From positions 5,026 through 69,025 of the forward strand of contig DASTOM010000005.1 in NCBI GenBank assembly GCA_035762545.1: DNA of 64,000 nt, in the 5' to 3' direction. The notes under the pieces were generated by a model. That model did not search any database. It saw only the letters and a list, made by a program, of their open reading frames with translations, and was not told the origin of the DNA. Both the position numbers and the translations under genes were made by a program. Of the stretch, positions 9,093-18,266 are shown in pieces. The DNA is from Acidimicrobiia bacterium. Its GTDB lineage: Bacteria; Actinomycetota; Acidimicrobiia; Spongiisociales; ZC4RG35. Positions within the stretch are counted from its first letter, which is position 1; each line of letters starts with the position of its first letter.

Positions 9093-10493
9093 CTAGAGCA
9101 TCAGGCTGGCGAGCAGCAGGAATCCGCCGAACCCGACGAGGTCGGTGATCAGTGTCAAGAAGATAGATGCGGCCAGCGCCGGGTCGAGGCCAAACCGTCT
9201 CAGCAACACGGGGATTCCGCTACCTACCACCGCACCGATGACCAGCACGGCGAAGGCCGACAGGCTCACCACCAGGGCGACGGTGAACGGGTGCCCTTCC
9301 TGCCCGAAGATCTCGATCTGGAGAAGGATCAGGCAGACCGTCCCGGCGAGCACCCCCAGCACCACCCCATTGAGCAGGCCGACTCCGAACTGACGGAATA
9401 GGATGCCCGGGACCTGCGCCGACGGGACGTCATCGGAGGCCAGCGAGCGGATCATGACAGCGAGGCTCTGATTCCCTCCGTTCCCGCCGAGCAGGGCGAT
9501 CACCGGCATCAGGGCGGCGAGGACCGGCTCCTGACTGATGATTCCGGTCTGCTGTTCGATCACGAACGCCACCACCAGGGCGAGCACCAGGTTGAGGGCC
9601 AGCCAGGGGACACGCATCCGGAATGACGAGGTGACGTCGGTGTAGACAGTCTCGGCCACACCGGCACCGACCGCGGCAGCGAAGTCCTCGGTGGCCTCGT
9701 CCTGGATCGCCTCGATGACCGCCTCGGTCGTCACCATCCCCACCAGCCGTCCCTGGTCTGTGACCGGAACCCCATACAGGTGATATCGCTGGGCGAGCTC
9801 GGCAACCTCCTCCCGATCGCTGAAGATGTCGACCGACACCGGGTCCGGGATCATCACGTCGGCCAGAGGAGAACCAGGTCGGCGGAAGACCAGGTCGCGG
9901 AAGGAGATCACGCCCTGGAGTTGGTCCTCGTCGTCGACGACGTAGACATACGACAGGTCCTCGTAGTCCTCATGAAGCTGCCGGATGCGTTCGATGGCCT
10001 CCCCGGTAGTCAGCCCGAGCGGTAGGGAGGCGATCTCGGTGGTCATCAGACCCCCGGCGCTGTCAGGTGGGTACAGGAGGAGATCGCGGACCTCGTCCTC
10101 CGCCTCGTCGGTCATTGCGGCGAGGACGTCCTCGGTCACCTCGTCGTCCAGCTCCCCGATGAGGTCTGCGGCCGCCTCGCTGGGCATCTCGCTCAGGGCC
10201 GCCGCAAGGTCTTCCAGGGGGAGCTGTTCGATGAGCTCGGCGGCGAGCTCCGGCGCTATCTCCTCGAGGATCTCGGCGGCTTCGGCCGGGGACAGGCCAC
10301 TGAGCAGATCGGCGGCGGTCCCCTCCTCGAGTTGTTCGAGAATGTCGGCGGCATCACTGGGTGTGGCCGCGGCGAGGGCCTCCCACTCCTCCGGATTGGC
10401 GTCGAGATAGTCGGCCACCTGCTCGTGGTCGCGACGCGCGGCAGCGAGCAGTTGGTGGGCAAGTTGACGCGGGCTTCTAAGTCGAAGTCTCAT
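9093..10493 (-). CDS. mgtE: Magnesium transporter MgtE
   Basis: MgtE N-domain, tandem CBS domains ('VYVVDDEDQLQGVISFRDL') and a C-terminal 5-TM domain. 466 aa. Confidence 0.9.
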   Translation of the reverse strand: MRLRLRSPRQLAHQLLAAARRDHEQVADYLDANPEEWEALAAATPSDAADILEQLEEGTAADLLSGLSPAEAAEILEEIAPELAAELIEQLPLEDLAAALSEMPSEAAADLIGELDDEVTEDVLAAMTDEAEDEVRDLLLYPPDSAGGLMTTEIASLPLGLTTGEAIERIRQLHEDYEDLSYVYVVDDEDQLQGVISFRDLVFRRPGSPLADVMIPDPVSVDIFSDREEVAELAQRYHLYGVPVTDQGRLVGMVTTEAVIEAIQDEATEDFAAAVGAGVAETVYTDVTSSFRMRVPWLALNLVLALVVAFVIEQQTGIISQEPVLAALMPVIALLGGNGGNQSLAVMIRSLASDDVPSAQVPGILFRQFGVGLLNGVVLGVLAGTVCLILLQIEIFGQEGHPFTVALVVSLSAFAVLVIGAVVGSGIPVLLRRFGLDPALAASIFLTLITDLVGFGGFLLLASLML

Positions 10494-10538
10494 TGGTGAC
10501 CCCGGGACGAATGGACCGGGGTCAGGCTACAACGGGTA

Positions 10539-11015
10539 TCAACCCTCGTAAGGTCGGACTGCGGTGACCTTCACGGTCATCTCGCCGGCCGGTGCCTCGT
10601 AGCTGACGTCGTCGCCGACCGTGGCTCCGATCAGGGCAGCGCCGAGCGGGCTTGCCGGAGAGGCGAGGAAGAGCCCTGGCACTTTGTTCTCCTGGGGGGC
10701 GACGAAATATTCCATCTCGTCACCGTCGGCGTCGACGACGGTCACGACCGAGCCGATCTCCACCCTTCCGGTGTCTTCGACCTCCCTCACCTCGGCGGTG
10801 TTGATGAGGTGCTCGAGCTTACGGATGCGTGCCTCCATCAAGCCCTGGTCGTTTTTGGCCGCGTCGTAGTCGGCGTTCTCGCGGAGGTCACCGTGCGAAC
10901 GCGCTTCGGCGATCCGATCCTCGATCTCGGCACGGCCCTCGGTCTTCAGTTGTTCCAACTCCTCCTGGAGCTTCGCGAGCGCGGCAGGAGTGAGGAATGT
11001 GGGTGAATCGGTCAT
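10539..11015 (-). CDS. greA: Transcription elongation factor GreA
   Basis: 'LTPAALAKLQEELEQLK...EARSHGDLRENADYDAAK' coiled-coil plus an FKBP-like C-domain. 158 aa. Confidence 0.9.
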   Translation of the reverse strand: MTDSPTFLTPAALAKLQEELEQLKTEGRAEIEDRIAEARSHGDLRENADYDAAKNDQGLMEARIRKLEHLINTAEVREVEDTGRVEIGSVVTVVDADGDEMEYFVAPQENKVPGLFLASPASPLGAALIGATVGDDVSYEAPAGEMTVKVTAVRPYEG

Positions 11016-11087
11016 GCGAGGTCGCGAGATTAAGCCGCCGTCCGGCGTACCCGCAGTCCGATTCCTGGGCTGCCCTGCAGACCGACG

Positions 11088-11675
11088 TCATCCCTGGACG
11101 GTTGATGCCCCCGCCCGTGGCGTGTCGACCAAACGCGTTATCACGGGCTCGACCACCACCTTCGACTGGACGGATCGACTGATCAGGCAAGCATCGTCCG
11201 CTTTGGCGAGGACTCTCTCGGCGCGGTCGAGATTCGACTCTTCCCCGATCACGATCCGGGGGCGGAGGGTGATCGTCTCGATCGAGTAGAAGCCGTCGTC
11301 ACCGCGTGCGAGGTGACCGACAGCGTTGTCTGAGTAGTCGAGCACCTGGACCCCGGACCTCGAGGCGATCGACCTGAACGTCGTCATCAGGCACGATGAC
11401 ACCGCTGCCACGAGGAGATGTTCCGGGCTCCAGAGGCGGCCCGGTCCGCCGAACTCAGGCGGCGATGCGACCTCCATCTCCCGAAGGCCATCCTCCTCGG
11501 CCGTTAGCATTCCTCGTTTCTCGTCGACGCCGATCAAGTCGACGCGGTAGTCGTGTGAATCGATCAACAGCACTCCTTTCGACGATGACGATCTTCCCCT
11601 CGAAGCGTCTTCGAAACCATGGGCCAACGGCTCCGATGCCAGGTCTTTGGTCCCTATCCCGATCTCATCGTGCAC
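11088..11675 (-). CDS. OsmC/Ohr-family peroxiredoxin-like protein
   Basis: Conserved Cys region 'LLVAAVSSCLMTTF'. Carries N- and C-terminal extensions, so the true start may be internal. Confidence 0.65.
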   Translation of the reverse strand: MHDEIGIGTKDLASEPLAHGFEDASRGRSSSSKGVLLIDSHDYRVDLIGVDEKRGMLTAEEDGLREMEVASPPEFGGPGRLWSPEHLLVAAVSSCLMTTFRSIASRSGVQVLDYSDNAVGHLARGDDGFYSIETITLRPRIVIGEESNLDRAERVLAKADDACLISRSVQSKVVVEPVITRLVDTPRAGASTVQG

Positions 11676-11715
11676 AACTAAGTTGCTTCCAGGTCAGTCC
11701 CCTAGGAGAGCAGAT

Positions 11716-12126
11716 ATGGCGCCCTATCACTTCAGCGTGACCGTCCACAGTGAGTTCCAGTCGGCGGTGGATTTGGCCAAACGGGCTCTCGCCGATCACG
11801 GCTTCGGAATCGTGAGCGAGATCGATGTTGCGGCGACGCTACAGAGCAAGCTCGGAATCGCCCATGATCCCTATTTGATCCTCGGCGCCTGCAATCCGGA
11901 GTTCGCTCGCGATGCCGTGGCCAGCGAGCCTTCGATCGGGGTCCTGCTGCCATGCAACGTCGTGGTGCGATCGACCGAAGGTGACGGTGTGGTCATCGAC
12001 TTCATGGATCCGGCGGTGATGGTGGATCTGGTGGGCGAGCCTCGGATTCATGAGATCGCAGACGAGGTTCGACGCAACCTCGAGATGGCCCGCGACGCCA
12101 TCGCCACGGCTCCTTCGTCGAGCTGA
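11716..12126 (+). CDS. DUF302 domain protein
   Basis: ATG at 11716, preceded by AGGAGAG. 136 aa. The 'GFGIVSEIDVAATLQSKLG...PYLILGACNP' pattern matches DUF302. Confidence 0.65.
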   Translation: MAPYHFSVTVHSEFQSAVDLAKRALADHGFGIVSEIDVAATLQSKLGIAHDPYLILGACNPEFARDAVASEPSIGVLLPCNVVVRSTEGDGVVIDFMDPAVMVDLVGEPRIHEIADEVRRNLEMARDAIATAPSSS

Positions 12127-12149
12127 GATCCGCCGCTTAACCTCACGAG

Positions 12150-13172
12150 GTGACTGAGACACGTCTCACCCGCTACAGCCATGGCGCCGGTTGCGCCTGC
12201 AAGCTGAGCCCTGACGAGCTATCCCAGATCCTCGGTCCCGTCAGGTCGCATCCCGCTGCATCGCATCCTGATCTGCTGGTGGGCATCGAAACCGGTGACG
12301 ATGCCGGCGTATTCGTCCTCGGCACCGGTCTCGCCCTCATCCAGACCGTCGACATCTTCACCCCGGTCGTCGACTCACCTCGAGACTGGGGTCGGATCGC
12401 TGCCGCCAACGCCCTTTCCGATGTGTACGCCATGGGCGGAAGGCCGCTCACAGCACTGCAATACCTTGCTTGGCCTCGTGACGAGCTGTCATTCGAGGCG
12501 GCGACCGAGGTCGTGGAGGGAGGCATGAGCGTCATGGCCGAGGCCGGGTGCACGGTCGTCGGGGGTCACTCCATCGACAGCCCGGAGCCCACATACGGGT
12601 TCGCCGTCACTGGTCTGACGGTCGCCGACAAGGTGGTGACCAATGCCGGCGCCGTGCCGGGGGATGTTCTCGTGCTCACCAAGCCGCTAGGCATTGGGAT
12701 CATCACCACCGCGATCAAACGTGAGAAGTGCCCGCCGGAGCTGGCGGCCAAGGCAATCGAAACCATGACCGCCCTGAACGACGTGGCCGGCGCTGTCCTC
12801 GCCCCGGGAGGCGCCCACGCCGCGACCGATATCACCGGTTTCGGTCTGCTCGGCCATCTGAGGGAGATGTGTATTGCCTCCGGCGTCGGCGCCGAGATCG
12901 ACGTGAGCTCGGTCCCTGTGCTCGACGGAGTGGGTGATCTCCTCGCCCAGGGGATCTGGGCCGGCGGTTCGCAAAGGAACCTCGAGTCGATCCGGGGTGA
13001 CGTGGACAGCGACCTCGATGAAGAAATGTGGAAACCGTTGATCGACGCGCAAACCTCGGGCGGCCTACTGGTCTCGCTGCCCGCCGACCGCGTGGAGGCA
13101 TACTTGAAGGCGGTGCCGTCCGGCACGGTGGTGGGGAAGGTGGTTCCGGGAGACCGGATCCGCCTGATCTAG
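12150..13172 (+). CDS. selD: Selenide, water dikinase (selenophosphate synthetase), Cys-type
   Basis: N-terminal 'YSHGAGCACKLSP' (compare E. coli 'YSHGAGCGCKISP'). PurM-like fold. 340 aa. Confidence 0.9.
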   Translation: MTETRLTRYSHGAGCACKLSPDELSQILGPVRSHPAASHPDLLVGIETGDDAGVFVLGTGLALIQTVDIFTPVVDSPRDWGRIAAANALSDVYAMGGRPLTALQYLAWPRDELSFEAATEVVEGGMSVMAEAGCTVVGGHSIDSPEPTYGFAVTGLTVADKVVTNAGAVPGDVLVLTKPLGIGIITTAIKREKCPPELAAKAIETMTALNDVAGAVLAPGGAHAATDITGFGLLGHLREMCIASGVGAEIDVSSVPVLDGVGDLLAQGIWAGGSQRNLESIRGDVDSDLDEEMWKPLIDAQTSGGLLVSLPADRVEAYLKAVPSGTVVGKVVPGDRIRLI

Positions 13173-13302
13173 ATCTGGGAGATGAGGGTGGCGACGATGG
13201 CCACCAGCCGACGTGCCTCAGGCGTGGTCACATGTCCAGAGTGTCGGGTGGTCGACCGCAAGGGGTTCGAGCATTCACCATCGGCCGCCTAACTTGTCCC
13301 AG

Positions 13303-13725
13303 GTGGAACCACACCAGCGTCTGGAGAACATCGCCGATGCCCTCTCGATCCCGAGGGCTGAGCGTCACATCTTCCTCTGCGCCGACCAGACCAACGACAA
13401 ATGCGCACCGCGGTCGGTGACCAACGAGCTGTGGGCACATCTGAAGAACCGGCTGAAGGACCTCGATGCCACCTCGGCGCCGCCCAAGTGGCAGGGAGAC
13501 ATGGACCAAGATCCCGAGCCGGTCGAGCCCGGCCGTGGGACGGTGCTGCGGACCAAGGCCGACTGTCTCCGGATCTGTGAGCAGGGTTGTGTCGCAGTCG
13601 TCTATCCGGAAGGCGTCTGGTACGCCAACCTCGACATTCTCAAGCTCGATCGGATCATCGACGAGCATTTGATCGGTGGCCAGCCTGTGGACGAACTGGC
13701 TTTCGCGGTAGGGAGCCTGGCATGA
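13303..13725 (+). CDS. Thioredoxin-like [2Fe-2S] ferredoxin family protein
   Basis: Cysteine pattern '[15 protein letters not shown]...CLRICEQGC'. The ORF runs from 13213, but the GTG at 13303 (or TTG at 13294) is a more plausible start. The stop overlaps the next gene's start (ATGA). Confidence 0.5.
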   Translation: MEPHQRLENIADALSIPRAERHIFLCADQTNDKCAPRSVTNELWAHLKNRLKDLDATSAPPKWQGDMDQDPEPVEPGRGTVLRTKADCLRICEQGCVAVVYPEGVWYANLDILKLDRIIDEHLIGGQPVDELAFAVGSLA

Positions 13726-14621
13726 AGCTGTGGAAATGGGCTCTTGCCGGTGCGGTGCTGTGGCGTGCCTTCGGTCCCCGAATCGAGCCCGGGTTCAAGC
13801 CTCCCCAACAGCATCCGTTGCGGGTACCGGGACGGACGGTGTTCGTCGGTGACGACGAGTTCCTGGTCCGTGACATGGGGCCGCACCAGGGCGTTCCGGT
13901 CGTCCTGGTTCATGGGCTCGCCGGAACCTCCTTGTCGGAGTGGTATCAGGTCGCTCCGAAGCTCGCAGTCGACCGGCGGGTGATCATGATCGATCACCGC
14001 GGTCACGGGCTCTCGGCGTCGGCCGACTTCAGATTCGAGGTCGACGACGATGCCGACGACATCACCGCCGTGCTGGACGACCTGGGCGTTGGCCAGGTCG
14101 ATGTGGTGGGATACTCGATGGGTGGCATCATCGCCCAGTCTCTGGCCCTGCGACATCCGGGGAGAGTGAGAAAGCTGGTCCTGATCGCGACGTTCGCCTC
14201 TCACCCGGCACGCGACAAATGGGGCCGGCGGATCGGCGCCATTCTCGGCCGGGGGTGGGAGCGGTTGACCGGCTTCGGTACACCGGAGGTTCGGAGCGGG
14301 TTCCTCATCGCCCGGGGTGCCGTGGAGGCCAAGCACGCCCGATGGGTGTGGCGGGAGACGCAGCGGAGGAATGTCGAGAGCGGAGCCCAGGCAACGTTCG
14401 CCCTGCTCCGGTTCGATTCGCGAGATTGGGTGGGCAGGCTCGGTGTCGAGACGCTGGTGATGGTCCCTACCGCCGACTTCCTCGTCCCGCCCCGGTGGCA
14501 ATACGAGCTCGCCGCCCTGATCCCGGGTGTCCAGCTCCTCGAGATCCACGGTGCGGGCCACGAACTGGTCTGGACCCGTCCGGACGAGGTCGCCGACGAA
14601 CTCACGACCTTCCTAGCGTAG
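13722..14621 (+). CDS. Alpha/beta-fold hydrolase
   Basis: '[11 protein letters not shown]' ... '[12 protein letters not shown]' nucleophile elbow (GxSxG). 299 aa. Confidence 0.75.
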   Translation: MKLWKWALAGAVLWRAFGPRIEPGFKPPQQHPLRVPGRTVFVGDDEFLVRDMGPHQGVPVVLVHGLAGTSLSEWYQVAPKLAVDRRVIMIDHRGHGLSASADFRFEVDDDADDITAVLDDLGVGQVDVVGYSMGGIIAQSLALRHPGRVRKLVLIATFASHPARDKWGRRIGAILGRGWERLTGFGTPEVRSGFLIARGAVEAKHARWVWRETQRRNVESGAQATFALLRFDSRDWVGRLGVETLVMVPTADFLVPPRWQYELAALIPGVQLLEIHGAGHELVWTRPDEVADELTTFLA

Positions 14622-14636
14622 GCGCACGCCGTTTCG

Positions 14637-14760
14637 CGCAACCCGGGGTTGCTCAGCCCATATATGACTGAAATCCGCTCACCTTCGAAGGACCCGAATC
14701 GTCGCACACGAAGCTGAGCCGATTCGACCCGGATATGGGCTGACGTACCCCGGGTTCGCA
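14637..14760. repeat. Palindromic intergenic repeat element, copy A (full-length, both arms intact)
   Basis: Left arm 'AACCCGGGGTTGCTCAGCCCATATATGACTGAAATCCGCTCACCTTCG'. Right arm is its imperfect reverse complement, '...CGAAGCTGAGCCGATTCGACCCGGATATGGGCTGACGTACCCCGGGTTCG'. The same core recurs at about 24490 and 40424. Confidence 0.6.
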
Positions 14761-14769
14761 GTTCCGTCC

Positions 14770-17283
14770 TCAGCGGGCGGGGGTGAGGACGAGCTCGTCG
14801 TCGGTGACGGCTTCGACCGCGGATCGGGTCCATGGCATCGGTCCGTACTCACCGTCGGTCCACATCTCCATCATCGAGTCGTAGTTGGGGTGGAAGGCGT
14901 GTCCCGACTGCCCTGTCGAGTGCACGAACACCGACGAATCCAGATTGGACAGGTCGAGCACCATTCGCTGGGAAGGGATCCAGTCCACCTGGTACCCCAC
15001 GACCGGATTCCAGCCCACGGCGTTGACGAGAGAGCTGCTGCCTCCGACCCGTGATGGGGCGGTTCGGTTGAACAGCCATTCGATAGGGGCGATCCCCGAG
15101 GTTCCGAAGCTCTGGTTCTCGAACTCGGCGATGTGGAGCGCTCCCCAGGTCCACTCGCTCGCGTCGGCGCCCAGGAGGTCGGTCAACTCCTGGTGGGCAT
15201 CGACCATGGAAGCGAACAGGATGTCGTCGCGGGTCTCGGTCTCCGTCGTCGACTTGTCGTCCCACCAGGGATCGTCCGGGAGCGGGAGGAGGTTGCGGAC
15301 GACTTCGAACCATCGACTCCCCCCGTCGGGCCAGCGGTCCTCAGGCAGGTCGTCGTGGAAGGCGTTGGCCAGCAGACGCCTCCAGATTGCCATGTAGGTG
15401 GCAGCTCCTGAGGATCGCGGGTCCGCCCGGAGTGCTGTATTTCCGATCGCCCAACCCTCCAGGACGGTCTGGACCTCCTGGACCGTGGTGTTTCCGTCCG
15501 GGTCCACCTCGAGGAGGGCGGGGACGACGAACTCGGCACTGGTGTCCCTCGTGTCCATCTGCATCGTCTGCATCGAAGCTGTGTCGTGTTGGCTCCCCGA
15601 AGTGATCATCTCGGCGATTCGCCCGCCGCGATAGCCCATGGCGGCGTCGCTTCCGATGAAGGGCTCACCACCCGGTCGCAGGACGCTCTGGTTCGCCGAC
15701 TGGATGTATCCCTGGGGCGGGTTGAACATCCGTGGCATGTCGTCCTTGGGCACGAACCCCACCCAGTCGTGAGACGAGTCCCATCCCGGTGCGGGATACC
15801 GGCCGTCCCCGCTGCCGCGAACCGGGATGTCACCCGTGGCGTGATAGGCGATGTTCCCCTCGAGGTCGGCGTACACGAGGTTCTGGGGGGCGATGTCCCA
15901 CAACTCCACAGCCGCGGCGAAATCCTCGTAGCTGGTTGCTGTGTTGATCCCGACGAAGGCATCGATCACCGTTGCCGGCTCGAGAGCCGTCCAACTCAGG
16001 GCGACGACGTACTCGTCCGGGATCTCGGCGGTGGACGAGCCATCGAACTCGTCCGTCTCCAGGAAGGTCCCCGAGATGACCGGACCATGCACCGAACGGA
16101 GCACCTCGTAGGTCACGTCGTCTCCGCCGGCGACCGAGATCGTCTCCGTGACCACGTCGAAGTCGGCCCATTCGCCGTCGATCTCGTACTGGCGGGGATC
16201 GTCCGGGTTGACCCGTTCGAGGTACAGATCCTGGGTGTCGGCGGCCTGGTTGGTCACGCCCCAGCCGTGGTGGCCGTTGTGCCCGATGACCACCGCGGGG
16301 AGCCCGGCGAAGCTGAATCCAACTGCGTTGTAGTCGCAACCGTCAGCGCTCTCCTCGAGGCAGTGCAAGCCGTTCTCGTACCAGATGGCCGGCATCTGGA
16401 TGGCGAGATGGGTGTCATTGGACAGGAGAGGAAGACCCGACTCGGTCATCTCCCCACCCACCACCCAGTTGTTCGATCCGATCTCCTCGAAACCGCCCCC
16501 GGTCAGGGCGAACACGGCTGAGATGTTCTCGGATGTCGACAAGAGCACGTCGGCCACGCCGTCTGGTACGTCGGCTGCGACCCGGTGGGCCGAGGCTGTC
16601 CTCTGTCCGTCCTCGACTATCACCGGCTTGTCCTCGGGCATGGGAGGGTAGAGCTGGGATACCTGGTCCGGGGTCAGTGTCTCACCGAGGACGGTCCGGT
16701 CGATCTCCTCGCGCATGTTCCCGCCCAGGTCCCACGCCATCACCTTGGCCCACATGAGGCTGTGGACCGGTTCCCACGGCTCGATCTCGTAGCCGGAGTT
16801 CTGAAGAGGGAGGATGCCGTACTCCAGGCTGACCGCCGACCCGGAGTGGGTTTCCAGATAGGCGTTCACTCCGGCGGCGTACGAATCGAGGATCTCCCGG
16901 GACCGGGGGCTGATCAACGTCAGCTCCTGTTGGGCGATTCTCTCGAAGTCGAGGGATCTGAGGAAGCGGTCCGCCTCCACCTGCGATTCGCCGAATAGCT
17001 CGGACAACCGGCCACCACTGATGTGCCGCCAGAAGTCCATCTGCCAGAAACGGTCTTGAGCATGGGTGAACCCCTGCGCGAAGAAGAGGTCGTGCTGGTT
17101 GCTTGCGTAGATGTGGGGTACACCTAATGCGTCGCGAAGGATCTCCACGCTCGAAACCAGACCGTCCACTTCGAGCTCACCTGAGACCTGGGGAAACGAG
17201 TTCCGCACTGTGAACACGGCGAATGCGGCAAAGCCGAGGGCCAGGAGCAGCAGGACGATCAGGATCCGCTTCACCCAACGCAC
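14770..17283 (-). CDS. Penicillin acylase-family Ntn hydrolase (penicillin amidase / AHL-acylase type)
   Basis: 837 aa with an N-terminal signal/TM. 'GSNNWVVGG' (Ser nucleophile of the beta-subunit) follows a spacer. Confidence 0.85.
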   Translation of the reverse strand: MRWVKRILIVLLLLALGFAAFAVFTVRNSFPQVSGELEVDGLVSSVEILRDALGVPHIYASNQHDLFFAQGFTHAQDRFWQMDFWRHISGGRLSELFGESQVEADRFLRSLDFERIAQQELTLISPRSREILDSYAAGVNAYLETHSGSAVSLEYGILPLQNSGYEIEPWEPVHSLMWAKVMAWDLGGNMREEIDRTVLGETLTPDQVSQLYPPMPEDKPVIVEDGQRTASAHRVAADVPDGVADVLLSTSENISAVFALTGGGFEEIGSNNWVVGGEMTESGLPLLSNDTHLAIQMPAIWYENGLHCLEESADGCDYNAVGFSFAGLPAVVIGHNGHHGWGVTNQAADTQDLYLERVNPDDPRQYEIDGEWADFDVVTETISVAGGDDVTYEVLRSVHGPVISGTFLETDEFDGSSTAEIPDEYVVALSWTALEPATVIDAFVGINTATSYEDFAAAVELWDIAPQNLVYADLEGNIAYHATGDIPVRGSGDGRYPAPGWDSSHDWVGFVPKDDMPRMFNPPQGYIQSANQSVLRPGGEPFIGSDAAMGYRGGRIAEMITSGSQHDTASMQTMQMDTRDTSAEFVVPALLEVDPDGNTTVQEVQTVLEGWAIGNTALRADPRSSGAATYMAIWRRLLANAFHDDLPEDRWPDGGSRWFEVVRNLLPLPDDPWWDDKSTTETETRDDILFASMVDAHQELTDLLGADASEWTWGALHIAEFENQSFGTSGIAPIEWLFNRTAPSRVGGSSSLVNAVGWNPVVGYQVDWIPSQRMVLDLSNLDSSVFVHSTGQSGHAFHPNYDSMMEMWTDGEYGPMPWTRSAVEAVTDDELVLTPAR

Positions 17284-17366
17284 CCGGCGAGATTAGGCAG
17301 GGCGTACTCTTTCGTCTGTGGCTTGGCGGCCCCGGCCGTATATCGTTCGACCACCGACATCCACCG

Positions 17367-18266
17367 ATGACCGAGCTACACCAACAAGCCACGATCGAAG
17401 ACTCGATCAAGCCGCGTTCCGTCGTCGGCGCCTATGTGGCCCTGACCAAGCCGCGCATCATCGAGCTCCTCCTCATCACCACCGTCCCGGCGATGGTCCT
17501 CGCAGCCGGAGCCTGGCCGGGGACCTGGTTGGTGATCGCCACCCTGATCGGTGGCTCACTGTCCGCCGGTGGGGCCAACGCCTTGAACATGTACTACGAC
17601 CGCGACATAGACGAGGTCATGCGGCGGACGCGGGCCCGGCCCCTCGCCCGTCACGAAGTGCCGCCGAGAAACGCCTTCGTCTTCGGTGTCGTCCTCGGAT
17701 TGGTCGGGTTCGCGTGGCTGTGGGTGTTCACGACCTTCCTGGCCGCGGCGATCTCCACGGCGGCCCTCCTCTTCTATGTGTTCGTCTACACCATTCGCCT
17801 CAAGCGTTCGACCGTGCAGAACATCGTGATCGGCGGCGCGGCAGGGGCGGCGCCCACACTGGTCGGCTGGGCGGCAGTGACGGGGACCGTCGGCGTGCCG
17901 GCCTGGGTCCTCTTCCTAATCGTGTTCTATTGGACGCCGCCTCATTTCTGGGCCCTCGCACTTCGCTACGAGGACGACTACGCGGCAGCGGGCGTGCCGA
18001 TGCTGCCGGTCGTGGCCGGCGTGGAGGCCACCACCAGGCGGATGCTCCTCTACACCGGCCTCATGGTCGGCGTGTCGCTTCTCCTCGTCCCACTGGGCGG
18101 CATGTCTTGGATCTATCTGGGTGCGGCCCTGGGCCTGGGCGCGTGGTTCCTCTGGGACACCTGGCGTGTGGTGCGGCACCCGGAGCAGGCGATGCGTCTC
18201 TTCACCACGTCGACCGTGTATCTGTCCGCGTTGTTCGCCTCGGTGCTGCTGGACGTTCTTCTTTGA
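17367..18266 (+). CDS. ctaB: Protoheme IX farnesyltransferase (heme O synthase)
   Basis: UbiA-family motifs 'NMYYDRDIDEVMRRTRARPL' and 'YWTPPHFWALAL'. Nine predicted TM helices. Start is at the internal ATG 17367. Confidence 0.85.
   Translation: MTELHQQATIEDSIKPRSVVGAYVALTKPRIIELLLITTVPAMVLAAGAWPGTWLVIATLIGGSLSAGGANALNMYYDRDIDEVMRRTRARPLARHEVPPRNAFVFGVVLGLVGFAWLWVFTTFLAAAISTAALLFYVFVYTIRLKRSTVQNIVIGGAAGAAPTLVGWAAVTGTVGVPAWVLFLIVFYWTPPHFWALALRYEDDYAAAGVPMLPVVAGVEATTRRMLLYTGLMVGVSLLLVPLGGMSWIYLGAALGLGAWFLWDTWRVVRHPEQAMRLFTTSTVYLSALFASVLLDVLL

Noticed and set aside
10494-10538. Possible M-box (Mg2+) riboswitch upstream of mgtE
   Set aside because: The leader between the greA stop and the mgtE start is only about 45 nt, far too short for an M-box aptamer.
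12150-13172. In-frame UGA (selenocysteine) in selD or neighbours
   Set aside because: The active-site position is Cys (GAGCACK). No in-frame TGA was found in any confident gene in the window.
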